Shown here one piece after another: positions 30,196 through 39,991 of a stretch of 64,000 bases of DNA; position 1 is the stretch's first letter, and every line of letters begins with the position of its first letter. The DNA lies in the IMG/VR virus record IMGVR_UViG_3300042473_001265, positions 276,173 through 340,172 of that record; one strand, 5' to 3'. The translations under genes were made by a program, and so were the position numbers. The notes under the pieces are model-generated. The model had not been told where the DNA came from and did not search any database. It worked only from the letters and a program-made list of their open reading frames with translations.

Positions 30196-30984
30196 TTAAA
30201 AATCTATGCTGATGCGTTTGGGATAATAAGTTGGTGTCCAGCCACTGTCTTCTTGTCGGCCCTTGCAATTGTTCACATAGCGTACCCCGTTGATGTTGCG
30301 ATCTACTGAATTGTGATAGTGACCAAAGCACCATGTGTCTATTTTGTTTTCAGTGTCTTCGTCCAGCACTAGCGACATGTGCGAATTACCCATTTTGTTG
30401 AACTCGTAGGTGTCGGTTATGCTGACATCGTGACTGATAAGATCCATGGCAGGCACAGTGTGCGTGACCACAACAATGCGTTTGACATCTGAATGTGTTT
30501 GTAGTTTTTTAACACTGTTGATTAGATAAGCAACATCATCAAATGCAAAAGACTCTATTTCTGCGGTGGTATCGTAATTGGTTTTCATCACATCAGTCCA
30601 CCACAGCTTGCACTGTTGTTCGTCTATGTTGCGATCAAAGTCCCAGGTCCACCATCCATTGGTGCCAATGATAGCAACACCATTGATGATCACACAGTTG
30701 TTTTGTAAAAACACAACATTTGGAATGTCAGTTATTGCTTCTTCCAGTATGGAATAACTTTGTTCAATCACATCTAAATTGTATCTGTGTTCGTTGTTGC
30801 CATCTATATAAAACACTGCTTGATAGCATTTGCCCAAGTGCTCAAGAGTTTCTCTTACCACTTCTACATCACGGGAAATGTCTCCGGCAACTATACAAAT
30901 AGGACTGGTAGCTTGCCCCATCCAGTCCAGGGTCTCATGCGGATCCAAATGCAGGTCGGAAATTAAATCAAAGGTCATTTGCAT
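30196..30984 (-). CDS. Calcineurin-like metallophosphoesterase
   Basis: SDLH, AGD, GNNEH, HTVP, FGHYH. Confidence 0.85.
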   Translation of the reverse strand: MQMTFDLISDLHLDPHETLDWMGQATSPICIVAGDISRDVEVVRETLEHLGKCYQAVFYIDGNNEHRYNLDVIEQSYSILEEAITDIPNVVFLQNNCVIINGVAIIGTNGWWTWDFDRNIDEQQCKLWWTDVMKTNYDTTAEIESFAFDDVAYLINSVKKLQTHSDVKRIVVVTHTVPAMDLISHDVSITDTYEFNKMGNSHMSLVLDEDTENKIDTWCFGHYHNSVDRNINGVRYVNNCKGRQEDSGWTPTYYPKRISIDF

Positions 30985-31010
30985 GATACATATTTAAAAG
31001 GATTTACAAC

Positions 31011-31373
31011 ATGAACATTATTATTGACCCAGATCAGCTGAAAACATATCAGGAAAAATACACTGTGTTGGAACTGGACACTATTCGCATGGTGCCAGAA
31101 AACAAACAAGTGACGGCCTACTGTGTGGTTGAATCAATTCCTATTTTGGAATTGCATTTGACAGAAAGCAAGCGAAATCTACACAATGGTCTATTGGAAA
31201 ACTATCGCAAACGCGACTGGAACTACTGCCATCAGGCCCTGGACCATTTGATCGGCAGTTGGAATGGCGAATTAGATTCATTCTACGATGATGTACGCAA
31301 CAGAATCAATGTGTTTATGGAAAATGATCCCGGGCCGCAATGGGACGGCATTATAGAAAAACACACAGCATAA
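31011..31373 (+). CDS. Hypothetical protein
   Basis: SD AAAGGA; 120 aa. Confidence 0.7.
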   Translation: MNIIIDPDQLKTYQEKYTVLELDTIRMVPENKQVTAYCVVESIPILELHLTESKRNLHNGLLENYRKRDWNYCHQALDHLIGSWNGELDSFYDDVRNRINVFMENDPGPQWDGIIEKHTA

Positions 31374-31445
31374 TTGTATTGGACACTGGTGCGATAAATA
31401 TCAACAAGCCAACAAAGATTGGCTGCGATTATAAAGGCCAGTGAA

Positions 31446-32021
31446 ATGAAAAAATTAAATTACCTGGCGGCAATTTTGGGGTTTGTTGCCGTTTCTGCGT
31501 TTGCACAGTCAGACCCAATTGTGACTGACAGTACCAGTCGTAGTACCAGCACCAGCAACAATACCAATACCAACATCAGTGACAGTCGTAGTGTGAGTGA
31601 CAGCACTCAGACTCTACGGTCGCCACCACCCACGGCCGTGGCACCAGCAGTCACAACCATCAACAATGATGTGTGCGCTGTGGTAGCATCAGGTGCTGTG
31701 CAAACACAGATTTTTGGATTCAGCATGGGCGGTACCATGCGGGACATGAACTGCGAACGCATCAAACTCAGCAAGAACTTGTTTGACATGGGCATGAAAG
31801 TAGCAGCCGTGGCCACCTTGTGCCAAGACGAGCGTGTGTTTGCTGCCATGATTGCAGCAGGAACACCTTGCCCCATAGACGGCAAAATTGGTGTACAGGC
31901 CAAGGCTGAATGGGACAGTCGCGGTGTGCTAGCAAATGACAAAAAGGCCATTGGCTTCTACGGCGTACCGCCCAAAAAAGCACCTGCTGCTGTTGTGTCT
32001 GAGACTCCTGAGGTCAAATGA
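31446..32021 (+). CDS. Secreted Cys-containing hypothetical protein
   Basis: Signal peptide MKKLNYLAAILGFVAVSAFA; start may be 31419 or 31446; late motif GATAAATA near 31396. Confidence 0.7.
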   Translation: MKKLNYLAAILGFVAVSAFAQSDPIVTDSTSRSTSTSNNTNTNISDSRSVSDSTQTLRSPPPTAVAPAVTTINNDVCAVVASGAVQTQIFGFSMGGTMRDMNCERIKLSKNLFDMGMKVAAVATLCQDERVFAAMIAAGTPCPIDGKIGVQAKAEWDSRGVLANDKKAIGFYGVPPKKAPAAVVSETPEVK

Positions 32022-34264
32022 AACTGATCAGTCAACTGCTTGTGGCATTGGCTGTGTCAATCTCAGGGTTGACTGTGTCAGCACAGACCACAGGAACCAG
32101 TGCTCCACTCACAGGCAGTTGGAACAATGTAGTGACCGGCACTCATCCCGGTGCCAATGAGTGTTGCTGGGGCGGTCCACAACCTCTGTATGATCCTGCA
32201 ACCAACACCATACATTTCTCCTACACTCTGACCGCAGTGCATAGAGTCATAGCCATCAATCAAGCACTGTCTGGTTCTGGTGTACAAATCAATGGGTACA
32301 ACTGGGGCTATGATTTGAGAAACATGAACGGTGTGCGTGGTGTGCAAACCGGAACTGACTCTATTGTGGCCACCACATTCATGACCAATCGGTTCAATCA
32401 GTTTCTAGCGCAAGATGACCGACACTACAACACACAGTTTGACTGGACTAGATTTTCTGGCACAGTGGGATTGCCCACTAGTGTGAGCCTGGCAGATAGT
32501 GGTTCCCTGGGCATTCAGTTTGTGGCCAACGACAGCGGTAACTGGGGTGGATATTACGGCCCTCAGGTGCGCGATGTTGAGATGACTGTGAACTATACCT
32601 CGGCACCGCCGGATCCTTGTGTGGCCAATCCTCAGAGTTCGCCTTCATGCCCGGGCTACACAATTATTTCAGACAACCTGGTGCCATTTCCCAACCACTG
32701 GACCACTGCCGGCCAAGGCATCAATCAGACCTATGCCATCAACCAGGCCCTGAGTTCAGTGGGCGCTGGTGTTGTGATCCACGGTTTCAATTATGGCTAT
32801 CAATACAATCTGGGCAGCTCATACTCTCAGTGTACAGCGTTCAATCAAGACGGCAGTTGCTCATGGACCATGACATTTAATCCGCGAGTGGATGTGAACT
32901 TTAAAATTCGCAGCAACACCAATAGCCTGTTGTATGATGTTACTCACAGCGAAACTGGCAATAATACCGGCAATCGCAGTAGAGATTATCAATACAGATT
33001 TGCCAATCCCCGATCAATCACTGAACTGGGCAACATTGGATACTCAGCTACGACTGCAGGTAATTCTACAATTTTTGGTATGTATAGCCAGGCTGCTTAT
33101 ACCATAGACGAGTGCGTGGTCAACCCACTTAGTTCAACCACCTGCTCGGGCTATGCACAGGCCTACTTTGACCAACAGTGCGGTGCTAATCCCCTATACA
33201 ACTCACAGTGTGCTGGCTATGCACAGGCCTATTTTGATCAACAGTGCTCGAACAATGCGTTATACAGCTCACAGTGTCCAGGCTATACTCAGGCCTATTT
33301 CAACCAACAATGCACAGCCAATTCCTTGTACAGCACTGCCTGTCCAGGATATGCCACTGCCTACTACAATTATCAGTGTTCGGCCAACCCATTATACCAC
33401 ACAGGCTGTACAGGATATGCACAGGCCTATTTTGACCAACAGTGCAGCTTGAACACACTTTACAATTCGCAGTGTCCTGGGTATGCTGATGCCTATTATG
33501 TACAACAATGCACTGGCAGTCCACTGTATGATTCAGGATGTACAGGATATGCTCAAGCCTACTTTGATCAACAGTGCGGCCTGGATCCACTCTACAATTC
33601 GCAGTGTACAGGCTATCGTGAAGCTTATGCTTTGAAATACATTGTGATTGAAAAACCCAAGGCAGAAGAAACAGTGTCAGTCGGAGTCATGGCCATAGCA
33701 AACACCGCTCCGGCAGCAGCCGAACCAGCACCTCCAGCAGCACCTGCACCAATGGCCACAGCATCGCCTGCAGAGTCTGCCACTGCCCCTGTGCAACTTG
33801 TGCCACCACCTGCACCCGTGGCCGCAGCAGCACCTGCAGAAAGCAAAAAAGAAACCAAGGCCACTGCTGATGCAACCAGCAGCACCTCCGGCACCTCCAA
33901 CAGCAGCGGTTCAAAAGAACAGCCCAAAACCAATCGGCAAGCCTTGGCCGAACGCAGAATGGAAGCAGCCCGTGAAAAAGCAACAGCCGCGGCCAAACAA
34001 AATCCTGCTGCAATGGCAGCACAAATGGACGCAGCAGGCAGCATGGAACAACAGGTTGAACTGCAATCCGTGGTACTAGGTGCAATGGGATTTGTAGCAG
34101 GATTTGATACATACAGCCGCAGCACCATACCCGACGCTGTGGGATACAAGCCATTTGATATCTATCCTGGGCAGCGCAACATAGACTCACCTGCAGCAAG
34201 ATTGCTGCTGGTGCGCAGTGATAGAATCCACCAAGACATGGTGGACAGTCAATACAAAAAATAA
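32018..34264 (+). CDS. Secreted protein with duplicated beta domain and eight Cys-rich 22-aa repeats
   Basis: Signal peptide; two AINQALS...G(Y/F)N(W/Y)GY blocks; repeats; Ala/Pro linker. Confidence 0.8.
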   Translation: MKLISQLLVALAVSISGLTVSAQTTGTSAPLTGSWNNVVTGTHPGANECCWGGPQPLYDPATNTIHFSYTLTAVHRVIAINQALSGSGVQINGYNWGYDLRNMNGVRGVQTGTDSIVATTFMTNRFNQFLAQDDRHYNTQFDWTRFSGTVGLPTSVSLADSGSLGIQFVANDSGNWGGYYGPQVRDVEMTVNYTSAPPDPCVANPQSSPSCPGYTIISDNLVPFPNHWTTAGQGINQTYAINQALSSVGAGVVIHGFNYGYQYNLGSSYSQCTAFNQDGSCSWTMTFNPRVDVNFKIRSNTNSLLYDVTHSETGNNTGNRSRDYQYRFANPRSITELGNIGYSATTAGNSTIFGMYSQAAYTIDECVVNPLSSTTCSGYAQAYFDQQCGANPLYNSQCAGYAQAYFDQQCSNNALYSSQCPGYTQAYFNQQCTANSLYSTACPGYATAYYNYQCSANPLYHTGCTGYAQAYFDQQCSLNTLYNSQCPGYADAYYVQQCTGSPLYDSGCTGYAQAYFDQQCGLDPLYNSQCTGYREAYALKYIVIEKPKAEETVSVGVMAIANTAPAAAEPAPPAAPAPMATASPAESATAPVQLVPPPAPVAAAAPAESKKETKATADATSSTSGTSNSSGSKEQPKTNRQALAERRMEAAREKATAAAKQNPAAMAAQMDAAGSMEQQVELQSVVLGAMGFVAGFDTYSRSTIPDAVGYKPFDIYPGQRNIDSPAARLLLVRSDRIHQDMVDSQYKK
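33098..33625 (+). repeat. Eight 66-nt units encoding YFDQQCxxNPLYNSQCxGYAQA-like repeats
   Basis: Two Cys per unit with fixed spacing, read from the translation. Confidence 0.92.
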
Positions 34265-34275
34265 AGGAGACCAAA

Positions 34276-34896
34276 ATGTCAGAAGAAATTAAAGATGTCA
34301 ATGCCAAAATTGACGAAGCTGAAAAAGCTGTAAAGAAGTATGCCAGCAAAGACACTGTGATCAGCATTGGCGGGTATGAATTTACTCCAGCCAAGCTCAT
34401 GGTAGCAGCTACCATTGTGAGTTCAACACTAGGCGGCTTATATGGTGCGTTTGAAGTGTACAAGGACTATCAGGGCATGAAGAAAAAGATTGCTGAATAT
34501 TCAGCACCAGACTTGAGTGGCTTTGACAAAAGGCTGGCCGTGATTGAAGAAAATTCAGGCAAGACCAGCGACTACACTCGTGACATCAAAAATGATCTAA
34601 AGAACGATATTCGCCGCAACGAAACTGTGACAGAACAAGTGGAGCGCAGTGTAAAAACTGCTCAGCGTGAGACTGAAGCTGAAATGCGAGCAGCCCGCAA
34701 AGATGTGCGTGAAGACCTTGACAAGGCTCGTGCTGAAGTCAATACTATACGCAAAGAAATGGCTGATGCTCGTAGAGAGATCAATTCTGAAACTCAATCA
34801 CTCAAGAGAGAAGTCAATAGAGAAGTGGAAGCATTGAAGAAAGAACTTGATCAAAAAATTCAGCGAGCCATTGATAATCCCTTGGCTGGTAAATAA
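34276..34896 (+). CDS. Membrane-anchored coiled-coil protein
   Basis: SD AAGGAG; one hydrophobic helix then long heptads. Confidence 0.75.
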   Translation: MSEEIKDVNAKIDEAEKAVKKYASKDTVISIGGYEFTPAKLMVAATIVSSTLGGLYGAFEVYKDYQGMKKKIAEYSAPDLSGFDKRLAVIEENSGKTSDYTRDIKNDLKNDIRRNETVTEQVERSVKTAQRETEAEMRAARKDVREDLDKARAEVNTIRKEMADARREINSETQSLKREVNREVEALKKELDQKIQRAIDNPLAGK

Positions 34897-34911
34897 TTCA
34901 AAGGAGTTAAC

Positions 34912-35460
34912 ATGGCAGAAGAAAAGAAACCCCTATCAAGATCAGAACGTGAAGCACAAATCAAGGACAAAGCAGGCTTAGTAATTGTTTTCATGGCCTT
35001 GTTCCTAGCAGCAAATACATACATTGCCAACAACTTCAGCAGTGTAGCACAAACCAATCTGCTGAAGGCCAGCAACACCTACGGATTTTATCAGTCCAAA
35101 AGTATCAAGCAAACTCTGGCTGAAGGACAACTGGAAGAAGCCCGGATTGTTGGCAACAAAGAACGCATGGAAAAACTGCAGGCCAAAATTGATCGCTACG
35201 AGTCAGAACCCGACACAGGCGAAGGCAAACGAGAGTTATTGGTCCGAGCACGAGCACAAGAAGCTGCAAGAGATGAAGCTAGACTACACAGTCCGTGGCT
35301 GAACTTTTCGGGCATGCTGTTTCAGTTGGCCATTGTGCTGTTATCTGCCAGTATTTTAGCAGTTAACATGCGTATGTATTGGGGTTCAATAGGAGTAGGA
35401 GCACTAGGTCTGGTACTCATGAGTCAAGGCCTATGGCTGTGGGCTCCGCTAAGTATGTAA
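34912..35460 (+). CDS. Membrane protein (DUF4337-like)
   Basis: N-terminal TM, YGFYQSKSIKQ, coiled coil, FQLAIVLLSASIL and C-terminal TMs. Confidence 0.65.
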   Translation: MAEEKKPLSRSEREAQIKDKAGLVIVFMALFLAANTYIANNFSSVAQTNLLKASNTYGFYQSKSIKQTLAEGQLEEARIVGNKERMEKLQAKIDRYESEPDTGEGKRELLVRARAQEAARDEARLHSPWLNFSGMLFQLAIVLLSASILAVNMRMYWGSIGVGALGLVLMSQGLWLWAPLSM

Positions 35461-36176
35461 TGACATATTTAATTTACACCTTGATAGTCACGCACATTAC
35501 CATAGTGTGCGTGACTTTGTTTTTGCACCGTAGCCAAGCACATCGTGGCGTGACTTTTCATCCTGTGATTGCTCATGCCATGAGATTTTGGTTGTGGTTG
35601 ACCACAGGCATGGTCACCAAACAATGGGTTGCAATACATCGCAAGCATCATAGATTTAGTGATCAACAAGGTGATCCGCATACACCACATGTGTATGGCA
35701 TCAGGCGTGTGCTATTTCGAGGAGCAATGTTATATCATGCAGCAAGCAAAGATAAAGTCATGGTTGATTCATACGGCGTTGGTACTCCTGCTGATTGGAT
35801 GGAGCGCAACATATACACTGCTCACAGTAGACTTGGCATTGGCATTCTCTTTGTGTTCAACCTAGCGGTGTTTGGCTGGTGGGGGCTGCTGATTTGGGGC
35901 ATACAGATGATCTGGATACCGTTTTGGGCAGCAGGAATAGTCAACGGTGTAGGACACTGGATAGGATACAGAAATGGCGAAACCAAAGATCACAGTAGAA
36001 ACATTATGCCTTGGGGTATTGTTATTGGTGGGGAATGCCTGCATAATAACCATCATTTGGATCCTGCTAACCCTCGACTGAGCAGACGTTGGTTTGAATT
36101 TGACATAGGTTGGATGTATATTACTGTGCTTAAATCCATAGGACTAGCAACGCTGACCACAAGACGGCCGCAATAA
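35460..36176 (+). CDS. Membrane fatty-acid (acyl-CoA) desaturase
   Basis: His boxes HRSQAH, HRKHH, HNNHH; start moved to ATG 35460. Confidence 0.92.
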   Translation: MTYLIYTLIVTHITIVCVTLFLHRSQAHRGVTFHPVIAHAMRFWLWLTTGMVTKQWVAIHRKHHRFSDQQGDPHTPHVYGIRRVLFRGAMLYHAASKDKVMVDSYGVGTPADWMERNIYTAHSRLGIGILFVFNLAVFGWWGLLIWGIQMIWIPFWAAGIVNGVGHWIGYRNGETKDHSRNIMPWGIVIGGECLHNNHHLDPANPRLSRRWFEFDIGWMYITVLKSIGLATLTTRRPQ

Positions 36177-36185
36177 TTAGCCAAT

Positions 36186-36208
36186 AAAAAAGAGCCTTGC
36201 GGCCCTTA
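36186..36208 (-). terminator. Intrinsic terminator after pstS
   Basis: Minus strand GGGCC-GCAA-GGCTC followed by TTTTTT. Confidence 0.7.
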
Positions 36209-36252
36209 GTGCTGGTTACGAGTTCCAGCCTCCGCTCAATCTTGCGGCCGGT

Positions 36253-37254
36253 TTATTTGATCTGTGTCCAAACTCGTTCACGAATTTGTTTAGTCAAGCT
36301 GTCGGGCAATGACACATAGTCAAGGTCAGCAGCATCCTTCTTGCCGTTGCGGAATGCCCAGTCAAAGAACTTGAGCACTTCAGCTGAAGATTTTTTATCT
36401 GCTGGATCTTTGTACATGATAATAAAGCTGGCAGTGCTTATTGGCCAGACCGCATCACCCTTTTGATCCACAATGCTCAAGCCCATGCCCGGCACACTGA
36501 ACCAATCAGCACCTGCGGCTGCGGCCGCAAATGTCACATCATCAGGGCTGACAAATTTACCGTTTTTGTTCTGTAGCTGCATAAAAGTCATGTTGTTTTT
36601 CTTTACATAAGCATACTCAACATAACCAATGCCGCCCTTGGTACGATTCACAATGGCTGCAACACCTTCGTTGCCTTTGCCACCAATACTGCTCACAGCA
36701 GGCCATTTGATTGCTGCACCACGACCCACACGCTTGGCCCACTCGGTGCTGGCCACAGTCAAGTAGTCAGTCCAGTTGAATGTTGTGCCCGACCCGTCTG
36801 CACGATGAACCACGGTGATTGGTTGATCAGGCAGCTTCTTGCCAGGGTTCAGTGCTGCCAGTCTGGCATCATTCCAACGAGTGATGTCACCCAGAAACAC
36901 TTCTGCCAACACTGTGCCAGTGATTCGCAACTCTCCAGGTTTAAACCCTTCCAAGTTCACAATAGGCACTGTGCCACCAATGATGGCGGGAAACTGTACT
37001 TGTGCTAGCTTGTCTAGCTCTGCACCTGCTACTGGAGCATCGCTGGCACCAAAGGTCACTGTTTTGTTGTTGATCTGGCGTATGCCACCTGAACTACCAA
37101 TTGACTGATAGTTGAGTCCAATGCCTGTTTCTTTCTTGTAGGCTTCTGCCCACTTGGCATAGATGGGATAGGGGAATGTTGCGCCTGCGCCAGTGATGTC
37201 TGCGTGAGCTGTGACAGTTATGGCCGCTAGCAAAATAGCTAATAGTTTGTTCAT
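36253..37254 (-). CDS. pstS: Phosphate ABC transporter substrate-binding protein PstS
   Basis: Signal peptide; GAGATFPYP, YQSIGSSGG, HRADGSGTT, GKGNEGV, WPISTASF. Confidence 0.96.
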   Translation of the reverse strand: MNKLLAILLAAITVTAHADITGAGATFPYPIYAKWAEAYKKETGIGLNYQSIGSSGGIRQINNKTVTFGASDAPVAGAELDKLAQVQFPAIIGGTVPIVNLEGFKPGELRITGTVLAEVFLGDITRWNDARLAALNPGKKLPDQPITVVHRADGSGTTFNWTDYLTVASTEWAKRVGRGAAIKWPAVSSIGGKGNEGVAAIVNRTKGGIGYVEYAYVKKNNMTFMQLQNKNGKFVSPDDVTFAAAAAGADWFSVPGMGLSIVDQKGDAVWPISTASFIIMYKDPADKKSSAEVLKFFDWAFRNGKKDAADLDYVSLPDSLTKQIRERVWTQIK

Positions 37255-37320
37255 TTTGTATGTTCCTTAAATAATTGTGCAATGCAGAATGCTCTTGCAC
37301 AGTTATTTAAGTGTTAATAT

Positions 37321-37349
37321 ATTACAGTTTTGTTACAAATTTGTGAATA
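37321..37349 (-). promoter_or_regulatory. Putative Pho box upstream of pstS
   Basis: Minus strand TATTCAC-AAAT-TTGTAAC-AAAA-CTGTAAT, 11-nt period, similar to CTGTCAT repeats. Confidence 0.7.
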
Positions 37350-37350
37350 T

Positions 37351-38667
37351 TTACTTTTTAAGCGATTTCAAATATCTCTTGTAATAGCTTCTGGCCTTAA
37401 GCGTTACAACCATTGTTTCGCTGATATCATTTCTTCTACTCTCTCTTTCACTTTTATAAAGTCCTGGTATCTTTCTAATAGTTTTTTTAAAATCAAAAAA
37501 AGTTTTACTGGTATTGGTTTCTTCCATTTCAGCAAATGCCACGGCCAAGTTGTGTTTTAATTCATTGACGATCAAATTAAAAAACTGTTCACTAAAAAAA
37601 TGTTGCTTATTGTGATTTGTAATTTCTTTAATCTTTGCCCAATTGATCAATTGTTCTTCGGGCGTCCACTCTGTGATAGTTTTCATTGCAGCAACAATTG
37701 AATTTAATCGATCAACCGGATCTGTCACAGTGTCATACGATTCGTCGATGATGCCGGCAAATGTTTTAAAGCCGTAATTTTGAAGATATGCCAAGCTGCC
37801 CGGGGTTGCCGCCAATATAAACGGGTGTCCACAAGCAATGGGTCTGAGTATTTTTTCAGTCAACTGTATTCTATCGTCGTCAAACAGTGTTTCTAACACC
37901 ACTTCAAATTTTGTATTGGCATAGTCGTCAACAGTAAAATCTGCACTAGAACTGCTTGATGCTGCGGTAGTGGGTAATGTGTCTTGAATGTGAACTGGTT
38001 TAAATACTGCATTCTTAAACTCATGCGCAGCGTAGTGTACACTGTGTTCGGGGTCAATAGGATTGAATGATGTTTGACAATCGTCGACCAATTGATGTTG
38101 TTGTAGTAGTTCTACAAATTTAAGTCTGTATTCTCTTGTTCCTGCCCAGGCACGATTGTAAATAAGAAATTGTTTTTGTAATTTGTTAGGTGTGATATCC
38201 ATATGTTTTGCAAAACGAAACCAGTCTTGTGCGATCACAGCATGTGCCCAATAATATACCGGGATAAAGTGACTGTGTTGGTATTTTTGAACATTTGTAG
38301 ATTGTTGTTCACTGTGTAACAGGATACATTTATCATATATATTATCCATGTATATTCTTAGATTTGGTGGCTGTGCGTATGGCACAGGGCCGCCGTTAAG
38401 ATGCTCGGTAATCCAGTGGTGAGTGCGAACAAAGTTACTGGATTGATAAAAATCATAATCCAATGGTTCTTGATCGTGGCACACTATCTCTGGATATATT
38501 CGGTAAGTTGGCGATGCATAGGCTCCGACATGATCACACACCATATCTAAATCTTCAATATTTTTTGAGCCATGTGGGAAAAAGCGATAAATTAATACAT
38601 AGTCGCCGCGCACCTGTTCGGCAATACTATGAATGTAGTGATACAATCGATCTAAAGGAATACTCAT
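37351..38667 (-). CDS. Glycosyltransferase-like hypothetical protein
   Basis: VLETLF...LTEKILRPI...PFIL...GFKTF; start moved to ATG 38667, divergent from the dehydrogenase. Confidence 0.55.
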   Translation of the reverse strand: MSIPLDRLYHYIHSIAEQVRGDYVLIYRFFPHGSKNIEDLDMVCDHVGAYASPTYRIYPEIVCHDQEPLDYDFYQSSNFVRTHHWITEHLNGGPVPYAQPPNLRIYMDNIYDKCILLHSEQQSTNVQKYQHSHFIPVYYWAHAVIAQDWFRFAKHMDITPNKLQKQFLIYNRAWAGTREYRLKFVELLQQHQLVDDCQTSFNPIDPEHSVHYAAHEFKNAVFKPVHIQDTLPTTAASSSSSADFTVDDYANTKFEVVLETLFDDDRIQLTEKILRPIACGHPFILAATPGSLAYLQNYGFKTFAGIIDESYDTVTDPVDRLNSIVAAMKTITEWTPEEQLINWAKIKEITNHNKQHFFSEQFFNLIVNELKHNLAVAFAEMEETNTSKTFFDFKKTIRKIPGLYKSERESRRNDISETMVVTLKARSYYKRYLKSLKK

Positions 38668-38670
38668 AAA

Positions 38671-39930
38671 ATGAAAAATATAGGCTTTATTGGCATTGGA
38701 AAATTGGGGCTGGATTGTGCCGAAGTCATGGCAGAAAAGTTCACAGTGCGGGGTTATGATATTTACCCAAGAACCAGTGACCTGATAAAAGTTTGCGGCA
38801 TTGAAGAAACTGTAAATGAAAGTGAATGGATTTTTATTGCTGTTCCTACACCGCACGAAGCTGGATACGACGGTTCGGTTCCCAGCAGTCATATGACGCC
38901 AAAAGATTTTGGACATGATGCTGTCAAAGATGCCATTGCCAAAATAAATCAATACGCCACAGAGCCTAAAAAGATTGTGTTGATCAGCACAGTGCTGCCC
39001 GGAACCACTCGCAGGCATTTTGTTAATCTACTAGACAAGCAACATCAATTTTTATACAATCCTTACTTGATTGCCATGGGTTCGGTCAAATGGGACATGG
39101 CTCATCCAGAAATGGTCATGATCGGAACCGAAGATGGCAACTGGAACGGGGTAGCATCTGAACTGGTAGACATTTACAAACAGATTATGGCCAACAATCC
39201 ACGCTACGAAATTGGCACCTGGGACGAATGCGAAGCAATAAAGATTTTTTACAACACATTCATTTCGGCCAAAGTTGGACTGGTCAACATGATACAGGAC
39301 TTTGCCATGAAGATTGGCAATATCAATGTGGATGTAGTAACTGATGCCTTGGCTCGTAGCACCATGCGTATCATGGGTCCAAAGTACATGACAGCAGGCA
39401 TGGGCGATGCCGGTGCTTGCCATCCCCGTGACAACATTGCACTGCGGTGGCTGGCCGAAGAATACGACATTGGCTACGATCTGTTTGACACTGTGATGAG
39501 TGCTAGAGAAGTGCAGGCAAAGAATCTTGCTCAGTTTTTGTTTGACACAGCCCTTCAGGACGGAAAAGCCTTTGGTCTTTTACCCATTGTGATTCACGGC
39601 AAAGCCTACAAACCCGATGTACCATACTGCATTGGCAGCTACAGCACCCTGGTTGGACACTACTTGAAAGAACTGGGAGTATTGGTCAAGTATGTTGACC
39701 CATTGGCCGACGACCTTGCTGATGTGGTGGCCACAGTTGACGGGCCCGCGGTATTTTTATGGGCTCACAATCGCAAGATCACTTACGAATACACCGGTGA
39801 TCAGCAGGACACTCAACCGTACTGTACAATTCATCCCGGCAGTGTCATTGTTGATCCGTGGCGTAAACTGTCCAAGACCATGAATGACATTACAGTAATA
39901 CACTACGGAAATACTCGTAAAACAACATGA
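38671..39930 (+). CDS. UDP-glucose/GDP-mannose dehydrogenase family protein
   Basis: GIGKLG, AVPTP, STVLPGT, KIFYNTF, GACHPRD, AYKPD. Confidence 0.92.
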   Translation: MKNIGFIGIGKLGLDCAEVMAEKFTVRGYDIYPRTSDLIKVCGIEETVNESEWIFIAVPTPHEAGYDGSVPSSHMTPKDFGHDAVKDAIAKINQYATEPKKIVLISTVLPGTTRRHFVNLLDKQHQFLYNPYLIAMGSVKWDMAHPEMVMIGTEDGNWNGVASELVDIYKQIMANNPRYEIGTWDECEAIKIFYNTFISAKVGLVNMIQDFAMKIGNINVDVVTDALARSTMRIMGPKYMTAGMGDAGACHPRDNIALRWLAEEYDIGYDLFDTVMSAREVQAKNLAQFLFDTALQDGKAFGLLPIVIHGKAYKPDVPYCIGSYSTLVGHYLKELGVLVKYVDPLADDLADVVATVDGPAVFLWAHNRKITYEYTGDQQDTQPYCTIHPGSVIVDPWRKLSKTMNDITVIHYGNTRKTT

Positions 39931-39991
39931 TTAATTCTGATTTTGGATTTACGCCATTGAGACAAATATGGATTAGTGATCAGTACTGAAT

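Noticed and set aside
37351-39018. 555-aa version of the GT-like ORF
   Set aside because: The extension overlaps the divergent dehydrogenase; ATG 38667 is the likely start.
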